Shown here: one piece after another, positions 12,196 to 24,474 of the stretch
Layout of the letters: the number at the start of each line of letters is the position of its first letter
How positions within the stretch are numbered: the first letter of the stretch is position 1
Assembly: GCF_004010195.1 (NCBI RefSeq)
Contig: NC_057718.1
Coordinates: forward strand, 30,386,045-30,450,044
Reading direction: 5' to 3'
From: Chiloscyllium plagiosum
Lineage: Eukaryota
DNA: 64,000 bases
Made by a program: the position numbers and the translations under genes
Notes under the pieces: model-generated
Database searches by the model: none
Told to the model about the DNA's origin: nothing
Seen by the model: the letters and a program-made list of their open reading frames with translations, nothing else

Positions 12196-12789
12196 GCTTA
12201 GACCTTTTCAGCTTTTAATAACCTGTATATTTCAAACCAAATATTTCTGTTCTGGAAGTTGTACAAAGTTAACCTTTCTATCACCCCTGATCAATTAGTT
12301 GTGCCCTTAAGCCCAATGATGCTAGACTTGGTCAGTACCAGGTGGTGAAGGGACCAACGCGAAGGAAAAACATAACTTACCTCATCCTCCCCAAATCTGC
12401 TTTCCAGAAAAATGCTGAAAACAACTGACCACTGCACACAGCCAAGCTTCTTCAGTTTAAGAACTAACATTTTAGTGCTTAAAACAGCATTTTGTTTTGA
12501 TACGGAAGGCTCTGTAGTCACACGAACTGTATCTGTTGATTTCAAGCGTTAGTATTAACAATTTAATAAACCTTTTAACTGCAGATTTTGTTCATAAACC
12601 TACAAAGAGTCCTTTTGACCTTAACTTTTTATGGTGGTAACCATGTTGGAACTCAGTTTATTTAATTGTCTTTAGAGATAAAGAGCTTCTTGCTTCATGG
12701 GTTTTGAACTTTAAGTGGAAATAAAGTAACAACTCCTAATGGCAATTCAAGATGGAGTTTGGTACTCATGAAAACAGATTGTTAGACTA

Positions 12790-13315
12790 TGAAAAGTAGG
12801 CCCAGGACTAGGCCATTCTGCCCTTCGGACTTGCTTTGCCATTCAGTAGGATTATGGCTGATCCAGCAGTCCTCAGTTCACTTTCCTGCCCTTTCCCTAT
12901 ACTCTTGATTCCCTGACTGATCAAAAATCTATCTCAACCTTACATATACATAAGGACTATGCCCCCATTGCTCTCTATGGCAAGGAGTTCCAAAGACTCG
13001 CAACCTTCTGAGAAAAGAAATTCATCCTCATCACAGTCTTAAATTGGCACTCCTTTACTCTGAGACTATGGTCTCCAGTTCTAGACTCTCCCATGAGGGG
13101 AAACATCCTCTCAGCATTTTCCTGTCAATCCCCAGAATAATCCTATGTGTTTCAATGAGATCAGCTCTAATTCTTCTAAACTCCAATGAGTACAGCTCCA
13201 ATCTGTTTAGCCTTTGCTATTAAGGCAATTCTTCCATATCAAGGATCATCCTTCTGAACTTTTTGAACTTCCTCTAATGAAATAATATCTTTTGTTAAAT
13301 AAGGGGACCAAACTG
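12790..13315 (-). mobile_element. CR1 LINE 3' fragment
   Basis: Reverse-strand CR1 ORF2 C-terminus (tggtccccttattt, gagtttagaagaat, gagtctagaac) and 3' UTR. Confidence 0.8.
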
Positions 13316-13979
13316 GCATTGTTGTTGGTCACTGACTGCTTTGTGGTCCAGGAATGTCGATGCTTCAGTGATGACTCTTCTGTAAACCTTTACTAGTCTT
13401 ACTATTGCACTGCCACTACTACAAGCCGTGATAGCTGATGATAGTCAACTACATTACCTCCTGTAACAAACTGTTATGATCTAATATCTTATTACTGAAC
13501 AAGTCCAAAGGTGTACTTTGCTTTTTTTTTTAATGAGGTGGTCTTTCATTGAAACACAAGTGCATACTGCAGCCTATTTCCTTTCAACAATAAAAGGAAA
13601 TTAAGATATAATACACCAAACTGTTATATATAACAATTTGAAAGATTTCAAAGCACACAATGAAGTACAATCCCACCTATCCCAATACCATCACATTAGT
13701 CTGCAAAAATATCAGAGAGAGTACCTTTTTCTTTGAGACCAATAGGTTTGACGTATCTGTTTCTTCCAATTTTCAGTTTTGAGAATTTGATTTTTTTTCT
13801 TGATAGTTCTCACACCTGATATTAGACTTCCTCAGTTTCATTTAAATCCTTCAGGATTATAACAAGCACTTCTGATCTAGAGATTTCACCTAAAACCTGA
13901 ACTAATTCTGTTCTCTATGAGAAACAATTTTATTCATCTTCCTTTAGCCAGGATGCCTAAAAACTTAAACAAATGTTTT

Positions 13980-14560
13980 CCAAGATTGCAAAGAGATTTT
14001 GATCAATTGGGTCAAAGGGCTGAGGAGTGTTAGATATCGTTTAATTTGGATAAATGTTAGGTATTGCATTTTGGTAATGCAAGCAAGGACATTACTTATA
14101 CAATTAATGGGAGAGCCTTGGGTGGTGTTGCAAACAGAGAGACCAGGGGTTCAGATGCATAATCCTTTGAAATTTGCATTATCGGTAGACAGGTTGGTTA
14201 ACAAGGTATTTAGCATGCTTGTCTTCATTATTCAGACCATTGTGTATAGAATTTGGGATATCATGTTGAGGTTGTACAGGATGTTGGTGAAGCCTGTTCT
14301 GGAGAACTGTGTGCAGTTCCGGTCACCCTATTATAGAAAGAATATAATTAAACTGAAGAGAGTTCAGAAAAGATTTACCAAGATTTGCTGGAAATGGAGC
14401 ATTTGAAATATAAAAATAGACTAGAAAGGCTGAGACATTTTTCACTGGAGTATAGGAAGTTGAGGGGTGACCTTATGAGGTTTATAAAATCATAAAGGGC
14501 ATAGATAAGATGAATGACGAGGGTCTTTTCCCTACGGTGGGGAAGTTCTAAACTAAGGGG
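13980..14560 (+). mobile_element. CR1 LINE 3' fragment
   Basis: ORF 13999-14406 includes LYRMLVKPVLENCVQFRSPYYRKNIIKLKRVQKRFTK. Confidence 0.85.
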
Positions 14561-14639
14561 CATTTCTTTTAGCCTAGGCATCTAGGAGTAGCTATGAACC
14601 ATAATCAGCAGCAGAATTGTACTTTAACACATTCTCTAA

Positions 14640-15820
14640 TCTCATGACATGCCATGTCCCACTTTTCGACCATTGCCATTTAAATATTACCGATCAACTT
14701 TGGTTCAATGGAGAGTGCAGGTGGGCATGCCTGGAGCAAGATCAGACAAAACTAAAAATGAGAAGTAAACCTGGTGAAGGTAAAAAAAAAAATTATTCAC
14801 TTGCCAAACCGGGTAAACAGCAAGTGATTGACAGAGCTAAGTGATTCTGCAACAAACAGGCAAATAAAATAATTTACTGGAGGAGAAAGTTCTACAAGTA
14901 TGCACATTGCCAGTAATGGGAGTGCTCAGCACATCATTAGTTCAACCGTGGATAAAGAGCTGAATTCCAGAACTGAAGTAAGACTGACTGCCGTTGACAT
15001 CTAGACCACATTTAACCAAGAATGGCATCAAAAAACCCTTGCAAAACTAGAGTCAATGGAAATTAAGAGGGAAACTCTCAACTAGTTGGAGTCATACCTG
15101 CACCTTGGAAGATGGTCATAGTTGTTGGACATCAGTCATATTAGCTCCAGGACATAGTCATAAAGATGTACAGCACAGAAACAGACCCTTCGGTTCAACC
15201 CGTCCATGCAGACCAGATATCCCAACCCAATCTATGCCCACCTACGAGCACCCAGCCCATCTCCCTCCAAACCCTTTCTCTTTATATACCCATCCAGATG
15301 CCTTTTAAATGTTGCAACTGTACATGTCTGCAGAAATTCCTTAGTGTTGTGTCCTCAGCCCAACCACTGTCAATTGCTTCGTCAATGGTCTTCCTTCCAA
15401 CACAATGTCAGAACTGGGAAAGTTCACTGATGTTTGAAGAATGTTCAGCACTGTTCATGACTCCTCAGGTGCTCAAGCAGTCTATATCCAAATGAAACCA
15501 GACCTGGACAATATCTAGGTTTGAGCTGATGTTACTTGATGCATAAGTGCCAGGTAATGACCATCTCCAATGAGAGAATCTAGCCATCATACCTTAACAT
15601 TCAATGGTACTTCTTTCACTAAAATCTCCTCTAGGTAATCTTTGGCCTGAAACTGAACTGAACTACCTATAAATCAGAGACGAGAAATCTTGCAGAAACT
15701 AACTCCCTTCCTGATTCTCCAAAAGCTGCTTGTCTTTTACAAGGCTTGGGTCAGGAGAATGATGAAATTCTCCTTGCCACATGAATGCATGTGTGCAGTT
15801 CCAACAATGCTCAAGAGTTG
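14640..15820 (+). mobile_element. Old LINE ORF2 fragment (same family as 53285-55520 and 61080-61730), with a minus-strand CR1 tail nested at ~15153-15320
   Basis: Shared motifs gtgtcctcagcccaaccac, gacctggacaatatctagg, aagtgccaggtaatgaccatctccaa; RT-like LGPT motif. Confidence 0.7.
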
Positions 15821-16509
15821 ACCATTCATTTTCTTTACTGACTCACCACGCCAACACTCACCATTTAGGTTAACTTATGAAGAAATACCATTTCGATGAA
15901 TTATCAGATGGTAGTCAGTGCTGTGGCCAAGCATGCAGCAGGTTTTAACTTAAAATTTGTTGTAAATCAAAACTAACCTTCAAAAGTTCCATCCCCATCA
16001 TACCCAAATGCTAGGCTGTCCATACGTCAACTCTCTGTCCTTCCCGAATCCCTCTTCACCTCTGCCTTGCCCCTGACATGACTCCGTATCTTTTCATCAC
16101 TGATTCACCCTTGTCAGTCCAATCCTGTACGCAAGATGCAAATTTACTGCACATCGTTGTGCTGTGGAGTTCAAAGAAAACTGCTGTCCTCAGGCAAAAC
16201 TGCACAAAGCTGAGTGGTGTTCACCACCTTTAAATAAACAAGGGTTAGGTGTAACAAGCTTCTTGTGTTGCTAACATTACCTTGAAGGTCAGGCTTTATT
16301 TAAAAATGTTTAATGCTAATCGGTATTTATTGTATGGAAATACATTACAAGAACGGAAATGTCTGACTGTACCTCTGACTCAAAAGTCCCCTATCATAAT
16401 TAATTGCTTGGTATCCGACATATGCCTCATTACATTAGTGCCAGTCTCGATCGCAGAAACTTGGCTATTCATGCTACATTCCCCTGAGAATGTAGCACCC
16501 CCTACATTT

Positions 16510-17465
16510 TTCAAAACTGCATACTTGGTTTGAAATGGGGTTAGCCACAGAAGACTCCTATACTACCTGCCCACCACTCCTACCTTTCCTGGAGTTAACA
16601 CATATATCTGACTGCATGTGCAGCTTTTCTCCCTACCTACAACTGCCATCCATCACACCCCTAGCTTTTGTAAATATCTCATTGCCTCTAAATGCCTCTC
16701 CAACTGATCCATGCAATATGGTAGGATTTGCAACCAAAAACACTTCCTGCAGACATAATCATCAGTAACATGGAAACTCTCCCTCAGCTCCCACATCCAA
16801 AAGGAAGAGCATATCACTCTACTAAAGGCCATCTTTGCTCCTTCACAGTCTACAGACTCAGAAAATAGCACCATCTTATTGCTCTAAAAAACAGTGCTCC
16901 TGACTAACTTAGTAATTATGCTTTATATTTTTTAAAATGTAATCAAGAGACAGATCTCAATAAAACATATAATCAAGAAGGAACCCACTCTACTCAATAC
17001 TGTAGACTTACAGCAAAGTTACATGTTTAAAAACTATGCACTTATCTTGCTCCTGTGCTGTGAGATCTCCCACACAGGTTCCCCCAAGTTTAGCTGTGAA
17101 TCTCGCTGTTTGTTAATTTTTCCTTGATGCACTCCGATGGCCAGAGATAGATGAACTGAAACAACAAAGGCTGTAATTCTGCAGATTCACTGCTGTGTCA
17201 GTTAGCAGTGTAGGTTTCTTTCTCACTGTCCCTCACTGACCATGTGCTCGCAGACTTTTGTATGTCTTTCTCCGTTTAAAAGTGCTGTTGTGTTGAGCTT
17301 CTTTCCCAAAACCTTGAAAACAATGCAACAGCTGATAAAACAGTACTTGTTGCTCCTGGAATTTGAGGAAATTACCTCCAACACGTAAAACACCTCAAAA
17401 AAGGAGTAGCTTTTACAGCCACAATTTTATTTCCTGTCTTCCATCTTAGATTACCCAGAATCCTC
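16510..17465 (-). mobile_element. CR1 LINE 5'UTR and ORF1 N-terminus (zinc finger/leucine zipper)
   Basis: ORF 16653-16874 (VICSSFWMWE..DDYVCRKC..LQIL...LERHLE) is typical of the CR1 ORF1 N-terminus; the upstream boundary is inferred. Confidence 0.7.
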
Positions 17466-18796
17466 AAGGGAGACTGGTTAGCAAGGTTAGATCTTGTGCA
17501 ATACAGTTCCCTGGAGTGTCGGAAGCTGAGGGATGACCTTATAAAGGTTTAGCTACAGAGGAAGTGGAGGAGGCTAGTACAATTACAACATTTAAAAGGC
17601 ATTTGGATGGGTATATGAATCGGAAGGGTTTTGAAGAATATGGGCTGGATGCTGGCAGGTGGGATTAGATTGGGTTGGGATACCTGGTTGGCATGGATAG
17701 ATTGGACCGAAGGGTGTGTTTCAGTGCCGTACATCTCTATGACTCTATAACTAGCCATTTGGATACAGAACTGGCTTGAAGGTAGAAGACAGGGTAGTGG
17801 TTGTTTTTCAGACTGGAGCCCTGTGACCAGTGGTGTGCCACAAGAATCGGTAGTGGGTCCACTACTTTTCGTCATTTATATAAATGATTTGGATGCGAAC
17901 ATAGGAGGTATAGTTAGTAAGTTTGCAGATGACGCCAAATTTGGAGATGTAGTGGACATTGAAGAAGGTTACCTCAGATCACAAAAAGATCTTGATCAGA
18001 TTGGCCAATGGGTTGAGGAGTGGCAGATGAAGTTTGATTTAGATAAATGCGAGGTGCTGCATTTTGGAAAAGCAAATTAGAGCAGGACTTCCACACCTTA
18101 ATGGTAAGATCCTGGGGAGTGTTGCTGAACAAAGAGACCTTGGCGTGCAGGTTCATAGCTCCTTGAAAGTAGAGTCACAGTTAGAAAGGATGGTGAAGAA
18201 GGTGTTTGATATGCTTTCCTTTATTGGTCAGAGCATTGACTACAGGAATTGGGATATCATGTTTCGGCTGTACAGGACATTGGTGAGGCCATTTTTGGAA
18301 TATTGCGTGCAATTCTAGTCTTCCAATTGGAAGGATGTTGTGAAACTTGAAAGGGTTCAGAAAAGATTTGCAAGGATGTTGCCAAGGTTGGAGGATTTGA
18401 CTATAGAGAGAGGTTGAATAGGCTGGGACTATTTTCCCTGGAACGTCGGAGACTGAGGGGCGTGGATAGGATAGATAGACAAATTATTTTCCCTGGGGTG
18501 GGGAAGTCGAGAACTAGAGGACTTAAGTTTTGGATGAGAGGGGAAAGATATAAAAGAGACCTAAGGGGCAGCATTTTCACACAGAGGGTGATACGTGTAT
18601 GAAGTGAGCTGCCAGAGGATGTAGTGGAGGCTGGTACAACTGCAACATTTAAAAGACATCTGGATGGGTGTATGGATAGAAAGGGTTTGGAGGGATACGG
18701 GCTGGGTGCTGGCAGGTGGGATTAGATTGGATTGGGATGTCTGGACAAGTGGCACCCAAGGGTCTATTTCCGTGTTGTATTTCTCCATGACTCTAA
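17466..18796 (+). mobile_element. CR1 LINE RT/3' fragment with a nested CR1 3' tail (~17510-17750)
   Basis: SGVPQESVVGPLLF, KFADDAK, LYRTLVRPFLEYCVQF; tail atctctatgactct. Confidence 0.9.
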
Positions 18797-19199
18797 GAAC
18801 AAACCTGCCACAGCACAACATGACAGGAGGCCTGTCAGTTCCCAACACAGCACTGACTTGAGACACATCTCAAAGTGCCATCAGGAAATTTAATTTCTCC
18901 TGCTACCTAATTCAGTCACCTCTGCATTTGATGGCAGTTTTAAATCTCTCCACGTGGCATTCCTTACTTTTTCATAAATGTTATAAGATGTTTGTGGCAG
19001 TCAATACAGTAAAACCCTGAGTAAAACTAAGAAAGGATTTGCCTTGTCTTAAAGTTGAAGGTAACTTTTGATTTATAACAAATTTTAATTTAAATCCTGC
19101 AGTTGGTTATTCTTGGCCACAAGCACTGACTGCCTTCTGATCATTTGTCCAGGTGGCATTTGTGCAAAAATTAACCTAGATGGTGAGCATTGCAAACAA

Positions 19200-19430
19200 T
19201 AGAGGGGTCAAGCCTGACCCTTTCCACATGAGATATCAGCACAGACATTTTCCAGTCGTAGCTGCTGGGAAACATGAGCCAGACTCTGCCTGATTATTCC
19301 TTCACTAATCGAGGTTAACTGGAGCAAATCTGCTTGAGATAAGCTAAAGCAGCATAAACAGGGAATTGAACCTGGAATCTTATGGTTTGCATGGCAGTGT
19401 TAGACACTGCAGTTACCAATTGAACCATTG
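19200..19430 (-). mobile_element. Old tRNA-derived SINE remnant
   Basis: Minus strand tggttcaattggtaa (A-box-like)...ccaggttcaattcc (B-box), followed by a non-tRNA body. Confidence 0.45.
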
Positions 19431-20324
19431 ATCTGTGATATTAATGGACTTTTTTTTTGGAATATAGCATGTTGAGTGATAACCAGTTTTTAAAAAGTGC
19501 TTTTGTCAAAAGTCCTTCATTCCAATTGAAAGTAGGCAATGCGTTCTACACCAATACAATTTGAATGAACTTTTGAAAATGTAGCAATGTAATATGGAAA
19601 GCTGATTATTCACTTAAAGGGATTGACTGTAATATAAATATATACAATATGCAGAAAAAATACATTTATCATAAACCAAAAGATCACTGGTTTTCTCACA
19701 AAAGATCCATTATATTGAGGAAATAGCTGAACGATTGGAAAAAGCATATCCCTAACCTCAGCAAGTTGTTCTAAATCTGTTTTATGGACAAAAATTGAGT
19801 AATAATAAAAGCTTATAGCTTTATTATTAAATCACTGTGAATGTGATGCATTGAAGTTAGGAGTTGTTTTCCTGTGATCTTAAAATGCTGTGCAATTCAT
19901 GGTAATTTAAAGTTATTTTCTGTCACTTAACATTTGCATTTCAAGAGCTGTACAGATATTGTACTTTTCTCTCAGTAACTCTCTTGGGGGGTTCACTTAG
20001 TACTGACAGTTTGTGCACGAGATGGTGAAATCTCAGTTTAACAAAAAAAACTAGAGAATATAATTTTTTAAATGAGGTTGTAAAGAGAAGAACAGGCGTC
20101 TACTGATCCTGCTGTAAATATACATGCGTGGACCTTGGCGGAGGATGGCATTCGGCTGGTTGCCATATCCTCAATGCATGAATGTTTAATTAACACTTAG
20201 TAAGGGACTGATTCTCATCTTATGTTTAAAAAGCCTGCAGGTTTTTGGAGGAAGGGAAGACCGAGAAAGTGAAGGGGTTTTACAGGTCTGAAATGCTGAA
20301 AAATAACAGCATCCTCCATGCATG

Positions 20325-21835
20325 ATTTGGATGCAGCAATATTTTTCAGGTGTGTTCAGAAGGGTTTCCTTACGCAGTATGTAGACAGGCCGACGAGGGG
20401 ACAGGCCATTTTGGATTTGGTGCTCGGCAATGAGCCAGAGCAGGTGTCAGATCTCGCGGTGGGAGAACATTTCGGTGACAGTGACCACAACTGCCTCACA
20501 TTTACTATAGGGCGAAGGTGGGTACTGCAAATGCTGGAGATTAGAGTCAATATTAGAGCGGTGCTGGAAAAAAACACTATGGCAAGATATTTAATTGGGG
20601 AAAAGGAAATTATGACACTATCAGACAGGATTTGGGAAGTACAGTTTGGGAGCAACTGTTCCACAGAAAGGGCACAACAGACATGTGGAAACTGTTTAAG
20701 GAACAGTTGTTGTGAGTGATGCATAAATTTGTTCCTCTGAGACAGGCAAGCAGGGGTACGATTAAGGAGCCTAGGATGACGAGAGCAGAGGAGCTTCTCA
20801 TCAAAAGGAAGAAAGCAGCTTAAGTAAGGTGGAGGAAGCAAGGATCTAGCACAGCTTTAGAGGATTACAGGCTTACTAGAAAGGAGCTCAAAAATGGACT
20901 GAGGAGAGTCAGGAGGGGGTACAAAAAAGGCTTGGCAGGAAGGATTAGGGAGAACCCAAAGGCATTTTACTCATACGTGAGGAATAAGAGAATGATCAGC
21001 AAGAAGGTAGAGCCGGTCAGGGATAGCGTAAGGAACTTGTGTGTGGAGTCTGAGTAGATAGGGGAAGCCCTAAATAAGTTTTTTTGTTTCAGTTTTCACT
21101 AAGGAACGGGACCTTGTTGTGAATGAGAACTTTGAGGAGCCAGGAACAGCTTCAACAGATAGAGATTGATGAAGTTGATGTGCTGGAAATTTTGGCAAAC
21201 ATAAAGATTTGTAAGTCCCCAGGCCTAGAACAAATTTATCCAAGGTCGCTCTGGGAAGCGAGAAAGGGGGTTGCTAAGCTGATGGCGAACATATTTGCTT
21301 CCTCACTCTCCACGGGAGTCGTACTGGAGGATTGGAGGGAGGCAAATGTTGTTCCTCTTTTCAAGAAGGGGAATAGGGAAATCCCTGACAATTACAGACC
21401 AGTCAGTCTTGCATCTGTGGTCAGCAAGGTTTTGGAAAGAATTCTGAGGGATAGGATTTGTGACTATTTGGAAAAGCATAGTGTGATTAAAAGCGGTCAG
21501 CATGGCTTTGTGAGGGGCAGGTCATGCCTCACAAATCTTATTGAATTCTTTGAGGAGGTGACGAGACAGGTTGATGAAGGTCAGGCAGTGAATGTGGTGT
21601 ATATGGACTTCAGCAAGGCATTTGGGAAGGATCCCTATGGGAGGCTCATTCAAAGTTAGAAGGTATGGGATACAGGGAGATTTGGCTATCTGGATTCAGA
21701 ATTGATTGGCTGACAGAAAGCAGAGAGTGGTTGTAGATGGAAAATATTCTGCCTTGAGGTCAATGGTGAGTGGTGTTCTGCAGGGCTCTATTCTGGGCCT
21801 CTGCTCTTTGTAGTTTTTATAAATGACTTTGATGA
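20325..21835 (+). mobile_element. CR1 LINE ORF2 fragment (APE C-terminus to RT)
   Basis: TQYVDRPTRGQAILDLVLGN, GDSDHN, NYRPVSLASV, DFSKAF (ORFs 20318-20719 and 21123-21659). Confidence 0.93.
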
Positions 21836-22047
21836 TTCCATAGCTGAACTTTACAGTAGTTTGTAGCTTAAATGACAGTGATTTTGCTTGATTATAACAT
21901 TTTGAAATCTTCAGGCAGCATCCTGAATTTGAACTAGGCTGTTAATTGCTTTCCAGAAATTGAGTGGGTCTGAAGAAATATAATGAGCCATCTGTTATTT
22001 GAGCAAAAGGCTGACCATGTTTTTATGAATCACATTGCACATTTGTA

Positions 22048-23235
22048 CATTTGATCAGCACAGAACCTGTGAAGAGCATCTCCTCCAGACCTAGCCACCG
22101 CCTGCCCTGTTGACATAGCCCCACAATAAACCCTGGCTAATTCACAATCCTACACATCCCTGGATGGTATGGTCTCACAATGTCAATGACCTGGGTCATT
22201 TCCAGCCTTGTGTGACGGCCTGTGTGGAGTTAGCATGTACTCCAACGTGTCTAATGGGTTTGAATTTTCAAACAAAATAATTAAAATCAGTGACATGTTT
22301 AATAAATTCTGGAATAAACTTTGAATGAAGTTGATTTTTAATCCCTTATTCACAGTGGAAGAATTAAAGAAACCAGTACCATTCTAAATCATGCATAAAA
22401 AGGAATGAGATTTATAACATCATAACATTAATTTTATGTCTTAAAAATGAGCGAGCAAAGGCTGCTTTATCTTGGTAACATGGTGTATAATTTTAAAGAT
22501 GACCTGGTCTTATTGACAGCATCTGCTAATGAATAGAATGTTGACTCTATTATTGTTTAGAAAGAATCCAAACTTGTTGATGTTTTTTGGGTATCCAGAG
22601 ACATGGCAGTGTGAGTTCGTCCCAACAGAAACTGAATGACACATGAAAGGAACATTCCACTGCTTGGCCCAATACATGTGTTACATTATGATTCACACAT
22701 GTATTGGGACATAATTTTACACCACACATGGCAGTGTGAGTTCGTCCCAACAGAAACTGAATGACACATGAAAGGAGTAACAGAGAGTAGCATGCATGGG
22801 TTCTGGGACTCCCAATGTTTTGCTTAGCACTATTTAGGAATATTTTCAAACCTGACATTGTACTTTGGGGGTTTGTACTTTGGAGGAAAAGTAAGTTTTG
22901 GCCAAAGTGTATATTCCCTAATTATTCACAAATGTACAAATATAAGGTTTGTGTTATATAGAGTCATAGTATCAAAGAATCCCTACAATGCAGAAAGAGG
23001 CCATTTGGCCCATTTGATCAGCACAGAACCTGTGAAGAGCATCTCATCCAGACCTAGCCATCTAGCCCTGTTGACATAACCCCGCAATAATCCTGGCTAA
23101 TTCACAATCCTACGCATCTCTGGATGGTATGGTCTCACAATGTCAATGACCTGGGTCAGTTCCAGTCTTGTGTGACGGTCTGTGTGGAGTTAGCATGTAC
23201 TCCAACGTATCTAATGGGTTTCTGCTGGGTGTTCT
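22048..23235. repeat. Two copies (~210 bp; 22048-22261, 23011-23221) of a head-to-head SINE chimera, enclosing a 51-bp perfect direct repeat
   Basis: Direct sequence comparison; V-SINE-like core gtgtggagttagcatgtactcc; repeat at 22601-22651 / 22726-22776. Confidence 0.85.
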
Positions 23236-24335
23236 GGCCATGTCATTCTCTCTGTTTGATGAGTTCTCAAATATTAGTTATGCTTTGCGGTGTTATTAGA
23301 TGATAGATAGTTGCTTCACCACCAGGAACAAGCAGCAATCAGTTGCGCTCTGCAACTCTTCTAGTGTGGTTGGTTTTGGCTGATGCTTTTTCTACATTAT
23401 GAAGATTGGCTGAAGAATTGTGGAGCAAAATGATTTGATTTTTGAAATTCTTCTTGATGTACAGCAGTCTTTTATATGAATGTGAACAAGACCTTATTTT
23501 TATTATTTTTAAAAGATTATCCCTTTGAAAATTAACCTCTATCCATTTCAAAATAGAAGATGTTCAGTGCATGAATATACCCTCCAATTGACACTAATTC
23601 TGTCTCTTTCGGCTGCTGTAAGAACATTCACTGAGCAAAATGGAAATACCGAGTAGGTGAAAATGGGAGAAGTTGACTCAATGCTGTGTTGTCATAGTAA
23701 TGTAAGAGAAGCAGCATGTTGCATTTGACCATGATGCACCTGACCTTGGAGTGCCATATGTCGATCTTCTTCACAGTGAGGATGTATTTATTTACCTTTT
23801 GGCTCAAATCTGTCATGACCATAAATGCACAAGGGAGAAAAATGCAATTGACTGCAACAATACACACTTTTGACTATTTTCAATAATACATAATAACTAA
23901 AATACAGTTAAAGTCCCCAAGCAGATGCTTTATAATTAAAATATATGTATTGAAATTGTAAACTTATGAAAAATCTTAATGTGCTTATTCAAAGATTGAA
24001 TCAGGTATTTTCCATTATTTATCCTGGTTTTCAAATTATACCTTTGCCGAAGAGTAGCAGCAATAGAGCAGATTGGATTATTTTGGTGCCAAGAGAATCT
24101 TTTATTAACTGGAATAACAGATCTATAACTATTAAATTAGACTAAACTATTATCATGACACTCCAAAATCACACAAGAATTCTTTGAAGACTTTTCCGAG
24201 GAATAAAACAAATATAAGGAGATTTCCATGTGAAACGTGAGTGAATGGATATTTGAATGTTGTAAAACACAGAATCTGTGCAAAATGGGAACAGTGCTCA
24301 AAGAAATGATTTAGTATGGGTATATGGTATATTGG

Positions 24336-24474
24336 AGGAGAAAGTGAGGTCTGCAGATGCTGGAGATCCAAGTTGAAACTTTATTGCTGGAACAGCACAG
24401 CAGGTCAGGCAGCATCCAGGGGACAGGAGATTCGACGTTTCGGGCACAGGCCCTTCTTCAGGAATCACAAGGTG
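24336..24474 (-). mobile_element. Solo PLE terminal repeat with intact-looking hammerhead
   Basis: Minus strand GAUUC-CUGAAGA-A-GGGC-CUGU-GCCC-GAAACGUC-GAAUC (24429-24466); direct repeat TGGTATATTGG at 24325-24335 / 24475-24485. Confidence 0.88.
24429..24466 (-). ncRNA. Minimal type I hammerhead ribozyme motif
   Basis: CUGAAGA and GAAA cores, 4-bp stem II, 5-bp stem I, GUC triplet, loopless palindromic stem III. Activity untested. Confidence 0.7.

Noticed and set aside
22601..22776. Repeat-spacer-repeat as a CRISPR-like array
   Set aside because: Only two 51-bp repeats, vertebrate context, no cas genes.
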